Notes under the pieces: model-generated
What the model was told of the DNA's origin: nothing
Databases searched by the model: none
What the model saw: only the letters and a program-made list of their open reading frames with translations
Part shown: positions 9,706 to 16,320 of the stretch, in pieces
How the letters are laid out: each line of letters opens with the position of its first letter
Numbering within the stretch: the stretch's first letter is position 1
NCBI GenBank assembly: GCA_014382605.1
Contig: JACNJM010000159.1
Coordinates: 1 to 50,747 of the forward strand
Length of the DNA: 50,747 nucleotides
Direction: 5' to 3'
DNA from: Anaerolineae bacterium
Lineage (GTDB): Bacteria > Chloroflexota > Anaerolineae > Anaerolineales > UBA11858
Translations under genes and position numbers: made by a program

Positions 9706-10833
9706 TTAAAGATTTACCAGGATACGGGCAGCGCGGGTTTGCCAGTCGTAGTTTTGGGCATCGCGACGCGCCTGAAATGCTAAAGCCTGGACGCTGGCAG
9801 GATCATTGGCAAGCGCGCTCAAGGTAGAGGCCCAGGCGTCGAGGTCGTCTGGCGGAAGCAACAAGGCGTTATTTTCGTTAAGAATTTCGCGCAAGACGGG
9901 CAAATCACTTGACAGAATCGTGCGACCACAAGCTAAATATTCAAACAGTTTCATTGGGCTAAGATAGCGGGCTATATCGCCACCGGAAGATGCCGCCACA
10001 CGCCGTTGATAGGGCATCAGTAGGGCATCGCAGGCGGCCTGATAGCGCGGCAGTTCGGCATTGGGGATAAAGCCGGTCAGGGTGAGATTGCCAAGTTCAG
10101 CGGCATCGCCACTCAGACGAGTCACGTCATCCTGATTGCCGCCAACCAACAGGAAATTAATCTCAGGGAGTTGTTTAGCCAGCCTGAGGATCATCTCTCC
10201 GCCGCGTCCGGCGTAAAGATGCCCAGTGTAACCTACTGTAAAACGTTGCGGAAGTGAGAGTTGAGCGCGAGCATCGGGGGGATCGGGCAGAGCGGCGTAA
10301 CGAGCCAGGTCAACGCCATCGGGGGCGATAAGCGTGAAAGGGGGGGGAGATAGCGGAGTAATCGCCTGAGAGATTGCCTCCCCCAGGGTTTGGGTAATCA
10401 CCACCAGGCGGCGCGCGCCACTCCCACCCAGGAACCGGCGTAAAAGCCAGGGGCCAAGTGTCCCGCGCGGCAGATCGTGAATTTCGAAGATGGTATCCAT
10501 CCCCAAAGAACTGGCGATAGCCGCGGCCTGTGGCAAACGCGTGAAAACTAAATCAGCATCCTGATGGCGAGCGTATTGCACGGCCTTAAAGCCATAATCA
10601 TAACTGCGCAGGCGGGGGTTGGCGGGCAGCCAATCCACGGCGAAACGCTGCTGCAAACCGTAGTGCTGCGCCAGATCGTCCCAGGATGCGGGTTGATGTT
10701 CGGCGCGGTTCTGCGGCACAACCACCTGCAAGGTATGCCCCAAGGCAGTGAAGGCCTGCGCCATTTTCATCGTCTGGATGGTGTTGGCGCGGCGAGAAGG
10801 AAGATACGTGGGGGCAATCAGGCAGATTTTCAT
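9706..10833 (-). CDS. Glycosyltransferase family 4 (GT-B)
   Basis: 375 aa. C-terminal domain has 'SPMKLFEYLACGRTILSSD' (EX7E-type region). Confidence 0.85.
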   Translation of the reverse strand: MKICLIAPTYLPSRRANTIQTMKMAQAFTALGHTLQVVVPQNRAEHQPASWDDLAQHYGLQQRFAVDWLPANPRLRSYDYGFKAVQYARHQDADLVFTRLPQAAAIASSLGMDTIFEIHDLPRGTLGPWLLRRFLGGSGARRLVVITQTLGEAISQAITPLSPPPFTLIAPDGVDLARYAALPDPPDARAQLSLPQRFTVGYTGHLYAGRGGEMILRLAKQLPEINFLLVGGNQDDVTRLSGDAAELGNLTLTGFIPNAELPRYQAACDALLMPYQRRVAASSGGDIARYLSPMKLFEYLACGRTILSSDLPVLREILNENNALLLPPDDLDAWASTLSALANDPASVQALAFQARRDAQNYDWQTRAARILVNL

Positions 10834-10881
10834 AGCACAGTTTCCCCCATGAGTTGATGCAACTTAACACTTGTGCTTATC

Positions 10882-10951
10882 TTAACGCGAATAAGCGAAT
10901 GTTTATTCAACAACATTCGCGCTTTTCGTCCATTCGTGTCATTCGCGTTTA
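10882..10951. repeat. Family R variant (GCGAATR units), asymmetric arms
   Basis: TTAACGCGAATAAGCGAATG-loop-CATTCGCG...ATTCGCGTTTA. The outer 9 bp and inner 7 bp are complementary. Confidence 0.5.
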
Positions 10952-10972
10952 TGGGTATGTGAGAATGGCGAT

Positions 10973-12319
10973 TCATACCGACACTCGAGGGCGCGTACGC
11001 AAATCGGCGAAGACGCGCAGCACCGCCGCCCCGTTTGTGAACACATAGTAGGCAATCAACAAACTGGCGAAGGCCAACGCGCCAAAGCGTTCAGCCAGCC
11101 AGAAGATGGCGGTCACTTTCAGGATCATGCCGATAGCATTAATCACCGTAGGGAAAACCGGGCGAGACAATGAGAGCAACGCGACACGGTTCCAATAGAA
11201 AATATTGACAAATGTAAAGCCCAACGCCAGCACTACCAGCGCCGGATAAGCGGGCAGGTATTGCGCGCCGTAACTAATTTCTAAAATCCATTCGCCAAAA
11301 ACGATCAAACCCAATGTCACCGGGATCGAGTAAATCGCCGCCAACCGCGATCCCTGGCGCAACACATAACGCACATTTTCCCAATTGCGACGAGCAATTT
11401 CACGCGCCAGTTCCGGGTAGGTGGCTTTGGGCAACGGGCTGATGGGGAGTTGCAGTAAATTGGTGATTGCCAGAGCGGTTTTATATAATCCTGCCTGTGT
11501 CGGGCCTAAAAAAGCCGAAACCCACAGCACTTCGCTATCTTTGGCGATCAGGCTGATAGTGCTGCTCAGATTGGTGCTGAAGGCAAAGGTCAGTAAACTA
11601 CGCCGTTCCGATTTGAGGATGCCCAATGGCGTACGCCACCACACCGAACCCCAATTACGGCGAGCTTCAAACAACGCAGCGGTACTGATAGAAAGCGAGT
11701 AGGCGATCTTACCAACCATATAAGCAATAATTACCGCGGCAAGATCACCTTTGGCAATGAAGATGCCGAGGATTAAAACCAGCGTTATCGCGCTTTGGGC
11801 AACGGTAGCAGCGGCAATGATGCGAAAACGGTCAAAAATTTGCAACAGGCCGCTGGCCGTTTCAAAAATAAAATTGGCGATGACGATCAGGCCGTAGAGT
11901 TGGAACCAGCGCGCCAGATTGGCATCTTGTGCGAAGTACTGCGCCCCGAGGGGGGCTAACCCCCAGATGAGCGCCAGCGCAATCAGCGAACCGCCGACCT
12001 CGAGGAGGGCTGCCATTTTGAAGACCGCCGCCGCCCGAAGAAGGTCGCCATCTTCCTGATACTTCCCCACATAGCGCACAACCAATTCGTTCATGCGGAA
12101 CGATGCAAAGCGGTTGGCAACACTAGTAAATTGCGTGATAGCCCCCAGAATACCAAAACTCGCCGGGCCAAGCAAGCGGGCGGCGAAGATGCTCTGAAAA
12201 ACGCTCATCCCGGCGGAGAGTCCGGTAGCGCTGAGTAAATAGCCGGTATTTTTAATAATCCGGCTGAGAAGTTCGTTTTCGAGCAAACGGGCGAGGGGTG
12301 CGGGAAGTTTTAGCGACAT
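10973..12319 (-). CDS. Polysaccharide flippase (Wzx / MOP superfamily)
   Basis: 448 aa with about 12-14 TM segments, located inside the glycan locus. Confidence 0.75.
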   Translation of the reverse strand: MSLKLPAPLARLLENELLSRIIKNTGYLLSATGLSAGMSVFQSIFAARLLGPASFGILGAITQFTSVANRFASFRMNELVVRYVGKYQEDGDLLRAAAVFKMAALLEVGGSLIALALIWGLAPLGAQYFAQDANLARWFQLYGLIVIANFIFETASGLLQIFDRFRIIAAATVAQSAITLVLILGIFIAKGDLAAVIIAYMVGKIAYSLSISTAALFEARRNWGSVWWRTPLGILKSERRSLLTFAFSTNLSSTISLIAKDSEVLWVSAFLGPTQAGLYKTALAITNLLQLPISPLPKATYPELAREIARRNWENVRYVLRQGSRLAAIYSIPVTLGLIVFGEWILEISYGAQYLPAYPALVVLALGFTFVNIFYWNRVALLSLSRPVFPTVINAIGMILKVTAIFWLAERFGALAFASLLIAYYVFTNGAAVLRVFADLRTRPRVSV

Positions 12320-12321
12320 TG

Positions 12322-12404
12322 TAAAGACGGAAGACCAATGACGGATGACGGGAGGGCAAAAGACTCATGCGTACCATGCTCGGTCTCCTGTCTTCCGTCT
12401 TCTG
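12322..12404. repeat. Family R variant (GACGGAWG units)
   Basis: AGACGGAAGAC (12325-12335) pairs perfectly with GTCTTCCGTCT (12390-12400). The element fills the whole epimerase/flippase intergenic gap. Confidence 0.5.
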
Positions 12405-13385
12405 TCAATCTGTATTAATCTCTCGCGTCCACTCGCGATTTTCGTTGTACCATTCGATCAGGCGAGCAATGCCATCTCGCAATGAGACCTGCGGCTCCCA
12501 ACCGAGCAATTGACCGGCCTTGCTGACATCGGCCCGATTCGCCAGCGCATCGGCAGGATGCAAGGGGTGATAGGTGATCTGCGCTTTGCGGCCAATCATT
12601 TCTTCCATAATGGCAATCAGAGCGTTGATGGTGATATTCTCATGTCCACCCAGGTTGATAATCTCGTAACCCACCGGTTTGAGTGCCTGGATAGTGCCGC
12701 GGGCGATATCATCCACATACGTGAAACCGCGCGATTGTTCGCCATCACCATTGACGCGCAGAGGGATGCCCTCGCTGATCCACTTGGCAAAACGAAACAT
12801 TGACATATCCGGACGGCCTGCCGGACCATAGACGGTGAAGTAGCGCACAATGGAGACATCCAACCCGTTGAGGTAATGGTAGGCGTGTGCCATCGCTTCG
12901 GCGCCTTTTTTACTAGCGGCATAGGCCTGCAAGGGGAGGTCGCTAGAAGCGGTTTCCGGGGTGGGCAGGGGCGCTTCACCACCATAGATACTGGATGTAG
13001 ATGCCAAAATAAATTTGGGCACCCTGGTGCGTTTGCACAACTCTAGCAAGTTGAGCGTGCCGGTCATATTCGTATCAACATACACCCAGGGATCCTCGAC
13101 GCTGGCGCGCACACCGGCGCGGGCGGCCAGATTAATTACGGCATCGAAAGGTTGAAAGTTGAAGGTTAAAGGTTCAACGGCTGACCAATCGCCAATATCC
13201 AATCTTTGAAACTCAAAACCATCGCGGCCTTGCAGTTGTTTCAGCCGATATTCTTTCATGCGCACATCGTAAGCGTCGTTCAGATTATCCACGCCAACGA
13301 CGGTATGCCCGGCATCGAGCAGCATTTCAGCGATGCGGGAGGCGATAAATCCGGCAACCCCCGTAACAAGATAGTTTTTAAACAT
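12405..13385 (-). CDS. NAD-dependent nucleotide-sugar epimerase (UDP-glucuronate 4-epimerase-like SDR)
   Basis: 'VTGVAGFIASRI' (GxxGxxG) and 'YAASKKGAE' (YxxxK). ATG 13385 has an AGGA SD; the longer track start (13448) runs into a repeat. Confidence 0.85.
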   Translation of the reverse strand: MFKNYLVTGVAGFIASRIAEMLLDAGHTVVGVDNLNDAYDVRMKEYRLKQLQGRDGFEFQRLDIGDWSAVEPLTFNFQPFDAVINLAARAGVRASVEDPWVYVDTNMTGTLNLLELCKRTRVPKFILASTSSIYGGEAPLPTPETASSDLPLQAYAASKKGAEAMAHAYHYLNGLDVSIVRYFTVYGPAGRPDMSMFRFAKWISEGIPLRVNGDGEQSRGFTYVDDIARGTIQALKPVGYEIINLGGHENITINALIAIMEEMIGRKAQITYHPLHPADALANRADVSKAGQLLGWEPQVSLRDGIARLIEWYNENREWTREINTD

Positions 13386-13391
13386 ACAAAG

Positions 13392-13413
13392 TCCTAATCC
13401 GGGTAACCCGGAA
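13392..13413 (-). promoter_or_regulatory. Conserved 5'-UTR stem-loop plus SD module (copy 1, epimerase)
   Basis: Minus strand reads TTCCGGGTTACCCGGATTAGGA, 6 nt before the ATG. Confidence 0.45.
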
Positions 13414-13430
13414 TAAAAGCAAGATATTCT

Positions 13431-13506
13431 TGAACCGCAAAGACGCAAAGGTCGCTAAGGTTTTCTATTTTTCTCGGCGTTCTTCGCGTCTTTGCGGTGA
13501 AATTTC
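13431..13506. repeat. Family R full copy
   Basis: TGAACCGCAAAGACGCAAAG...loop...CTTCGCGTCTTTGCGGTGAAATTTC. There is a 13-bp perfect stem (13434-13446 with 13486-13498). Confidence 0.7.
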
Positions 13507-13522
13507 TGACAGGTGTAAGACG

Positions 13523-13560
13523 CCAAAAACGAACAACCGACAGCACTATGCCATCGGTTG
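13523..13560 (-). terminator. Intrinsic terminator after the UDP-sugar dehydrogenase gene
   Basis: Minus strand reads CAACCGA-13 nt-TCGGTTG followed by TTCGTTTTTGG. Confidence 0.55.
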
Positions 13561-13576
13561 CCAGCGGTCGTTAAAA

Positions 13577-14893
13577 CTACAGACGGAAAACTTTGGGGTT
13601 ATCGCGCTGCGCGCTGCCCAGGGCGTTGCGGGTATCGACAATACATTTGGCGGTTTCCAAAATCTCAGCATAAACGTAGTCGCTGTGATTGGTGATAATT
13701 ACGACACAATCAGCTGCTTTCACTGCAGACATCAAATCGGGGACACTTTGAAGTTCAAACTCTTCTTCTTTGATAAAGGGAATGTATGGATCATGAAAAC
13801 TTACCACAGCGCCACTTTGCTCCAGCAAGCCAATCACATCCAATGCAGGAGATTCGCGCAAATCGTCAATATCAGGCTTGTAGGCTACACCCAGCACCAG
13901 GATGTTGCTGCCCTTGAGCGATTTACTCTGATCATTTAGTGCATCTTGCACTTTGCGAGCCACGTAACGCGGCATCCCCAGGTTGATTTCGGAGGCCAGC
14001 TCGATGAAACGGGCAGTGTAATTCAACGAGCGCAATTTCCATGAAAGATAGAGTGGATCAATGGGGATACAGTGGCCGCCCAGACCTGGCCCGGGGGTGA
14101 ATTTCATAAAACCGAAGGGCTTGGTAGCCGCGGCGTCAATCACTTCCCAGACGTCAATGCCAAGACGGTCGCACATCACGGCCATTTCGTTGACCAGGCC
14201 GATATTAATCATGCGGAAGGTGTTTTCGAGCAGCTTCGCCATCTCGGCAACTTCGGAGGAGGTGACGGAGACAACGGTCTCCAGCGCGCCGCGGTACCAG
14301 GTAGCCGAAACTTCAGAACAGGCATCGGTAATACCGCCGATCACCTTGGGGGTGTTAATGGTCGTCCAGTCTTCCCGACCAGGATCCACTCGTTCGGGCG
14401 AAAATGCCAGGAAGAAGTCTTCACCAACGACCAAATCGGTATCATCTCCCAACTGTGGCAACAGAATTTCGCGCGTGGTGCCAGGATAGGTGGTCGATTC
14501 GAGTACCACGACCATACCAGGGTGCATATATTTGGCAAGTTCCGTAGTCACGGAGAGAATAAACGAGAGATCAGGGTCACCGGTTTTGCGTAATGGCGTG
14601 GGTACACATATGCTGACGGCATCGGCCTCGGCAAGAGCGGCGAAATCGGTGGTGGCTTCAAGCCTGCCCGCTTCCACGAGTTGAGCAACCAATTCAGTGG
14701 GTACATCTTGAATATAGCTCTCGCCCTTTTTGAGGGCCTCAATCTTGCGTTCATCGGGGTCAATGCCAATAACATTGAATCCGGCTTCCGCAAACACGGT
14801 GGCAAAAGGCAGGCCAACATAGCCCAAACCTAATACAGCAACTTTTGCGGTTTTGTTCTCAAGTTTTTCAATCAATTGGTTTTTGGTATCCAT
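13577..14893 (-). CDS. UDP-sugar 6-dehydrogenase (UDP-GlcNAc/ManNAc/Glc dehydrogenase family)
   Basis: 'VAVLGLGYVGLPFATVFAEAG' and the catalytic-Cys motif 'GGHCIPIDP'. ATG 14893 has an AGGA SD. Confidence 0.9.
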   Translation of the reverse strand: MDTKNQLIEKLENKTAKVAVLGLGYVGLPFATVFAEAGFNVIGIDPDERKIEALKKGESYIQDVPTELVAQLVEAGRLEATTDFAALAEADAVSICVPTPLRKTGDPDLSFILSVTTELAKYMHPGMVVVLESTTYPGTTREILLPQLGDDTDLVVGEDFFLAFSPERVDPGREDWTTINTPKVIGGITDACSEVSATWYRGALETVVSVTSSEVAEMAKLLENTFRMINIGLVNEMAVMCDRLGIDVWEVIDAAATKPFGFMKFTPGPGLGGHCIPIDPLYLSWKLRSLNYTARFIELASEINLGMPRYVARKVQDALNDQSKSLKGSNILVLGVAYKPDIDDLRESPALDVIGLLEQSGAVVSFHDPYIPFIKEEEFELQSVPDLMSAVKAADCVVIITNHSDYVYAEILETAKCIVDTRNALGSAQRDNPKVFRL

Positions 14894-14901
14894 AATGCCT
14901 T

Positions 14902-14923
14902 TCCTAATCCGGCAACGCCGGAA
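14902..14923 (-). promoter_or_regulatory. Conserved 5'-UTR stem-loop plus SD module (copy 2, dehydrogenase)
   Basis: Minus strand reads TTCCGGCGTTGCCGGATTAGGA, 8 nt before the ATG. The stem pair is G-C in copy 1 and C-G here. Confidence 0.45.
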
Positions 14924-14935
14924 CAAACATTTTTT

Positions 14936-15011
14936 TACCACAAAGACACGAAGGCACGAAGAAAAACATAAAAAATCCTTTGTGTCTTTGTGCCTTTGCG
15001 GTGAAATTTTT
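14936..15011. repeat. Family R full copy
   Basis: ACCACAAAGACACGAAGGCACGAAG-AAAAACATAAAAAATC-CTTTGTGTCTTTGTGCCTTTGCGGTGAAATTTT. Confidence 0.7.
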
Positions 15012-15073
15012 AGCTATTCATACAATAATTTCATGCACAAGCCACTAAACACCTAATTAAACCACACTGCGCA

Positions 15074-15742
15074 TTATCCGGGGAGCGGCTCGCCATGATG
15101 GAGATAGATGGGGGATAGCATGGCGAGATCGTCCACCGCGGCGGATTGGAAGCGCCCCCAGGCAAGTTCTGCTAATATTGCCGGACGGCGCATAGATTGA
15201 GCGGGAGATGCCAACCGGGCATTCTCATTCTCGAGGGGGAAACGCCCCCGTAAATCGGTGTTCAACTCGCCGCCCACGCGCGTGGGCTGGTCAAATATCG
15301 CCACAAATTCGTCGATGGTCAAATTTTCCAGCCGACCTGTAGATTGATACTTCCCATCCTCGGCCTGATACCAACCCACAGCCATGCGCTTGCGTCCAGC
15401 TTCGATCACGGCGGCAAACTCCGACTCTATCACCGGCTGTGCGGCAGCCAATACGTCAAAAGAAGGCACGCCAATCACCGGGATATGCAGGCTGAGCGCC
15501 AGCCCTTTGGCAAAAGCCAGGCCAATCCGCAAGGCTGTAAAAGACCCTGGGCCCAGCGCCACACCTACGGCTTGCAAATTTTGGCGGTTTGTTTTGGTCT
15601 TCGAGAGTAAATCCAGCACTGCGGGAGCAAGTTCTACCGTGTGATAGCTTCGGCTGACCCAGGCCATTTCGCCAATTACGCTGGCGCCATCATAGAGCGC
15701 AATTCCCACCATGCGCGTAGAAGTATCAATTGCCAATAACAT
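15074..15742 (-). CDS. tsaB: tRNA t6A biosynthesis protein TsaB (YeaZ)
   Basis: 'MLLAIDTSTRMVGIAL'. The ATG overlaps the tsaE stop (TGATG). Confidence 0.85.
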   Translation of the reverse strand: MLLAIDTSTRMVGIALYDGASVIGEMAWVSRSYHTVELAPAVLDLLSKTKTNRQNLQAVGVALGPGSFTALRIGLAFAKGLALSLHIPVIGVPSFDVLAAAQPVIESEFAAVIEAGRKRMAVGWYQAEDGKYQSTGRLENLTIDEFVAIFDQPTRVGGELNTDLRGRFPLENENARLASPAQSMRRPAILAELAWGRFQSAAVDDLAMLSPIYLHHGEPLPG

Positions 15743-16242
15743 CAGGCCACTCCAAAAACTTGATTGCGAAAACGGCGCAGCAATTTCTGGCAATGTTCGC
15801 CGCGCGCCGAAAAGACCAATTGTCGTCGGGTTTCATCCAGCCACTCAAGTTCTACCCAAATACGCTCTTCAGGCAGCACTGCCTCGATACGGTCGGCCCA
15901 CTCAATCACCAGCGGGCCTTCTTCGAACATACTCTCTAAATCCAGGTCAACCGCATCGGACGCGCCGCGCAGGCGGTAGGCATCAAGATGGTAGAAACGC
16001 TGCTGATCCGGGCGGCGGTACATATTTACCAGCACAAAAGTCGGGCTGGAAACCGGGTCTGATGAACCCCACCCGGAGGCAACGCCTTGCATCATGGTGG
16101 TTTTTCCCGCACCCAAGTCGCCGACCAGACCAACAACGTCGCCGGGCTGCAATAATGCGCCTAAACGCATACCCACGCGACGCGTTTGCTCAGAGCTGCG
16201 GCTGATGAGTTCAAAAGAATGTTGAGAAAAGACAGGGGGCAT
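15742..16242 (-). CDS. tsaE: tRNA t6A biosynthesis ATPase TsaE (YjeE)
   Basis: 'LVGDLGAGKTT' P-loop. Start ATG 16242; the track extension reads through a repeat. Confidence 0.85.
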   Translation of the reverse strand: MPPVFSQHSFELISRSSEQTRRVGMRLGALLQPGDVVGLVGDLGAGKTTMMQGVASGWGSSDPVSSPTFVLVNMYRRPDQQRFYHLDAYRLRGASDAVDLDLESMFEEGPLVIEWADRIEAVLPEERIWVELEWLDETRRQLVFSARGEHCQKLLRRFRNQVFGVA

Positions 16243-16248
16243 AGTTTG

Positions 16249-16277
16249 ATTATAAACCTTCAACCTGTAACCTTCAA
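16249..16277 (-). promoter_or_regulatory. Sigma70-type promoter for tsaE, leaderless geometry, embedded in a family-B repeat
   Basis: Minus strand reads TTGAAG-17 nt-TATAAT-caaact-ATG(16242). Confidence 0.45.
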
Positions 16278-16320
16278 CATATGGCAATTTCAGATTGAAA
16301 GTCACAGGTTTATGGTTTGA
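16251..16320. repeat. Family B hairpin repeat (AACCTTCAAC units)
   Basis: ATAAACCTTCAACCTGTAACCTTCAAC-16 nt-TTGAAAGTCACAGGTTTATGGTTTGA. About 20 of 24 positions pair. Confidence 0.6.

Noticed and set aside
13147-13178. Family-B-like sequence (GGTTGAAAGTTGAAGGTTAAAGGTTCAAC) inside the epimerase coding region, encoding 'LTFNFQPF'. It could be a third intragenic repeat insertion.
   Set aside because: The segment does not lengthen the protein relative to the usual spacing before the 'FDAVI(N/H)LAA' motif of SDR epimerases. The match is short and low-complexity, so I cannot distinguish it from chance or local conversion without homologue alignments.
13431-15011. Whether the family-R repeats could be a degenerate CRISPR array or a tRNA/ncRNA gene cluster.
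   Set aside because: Copies are scattered singly at gene boundaries over the whole window and are internally palindromic with variable arms. There is no regular repeat-spacer periodicity, and no cas genes or cloverleaf features are present.
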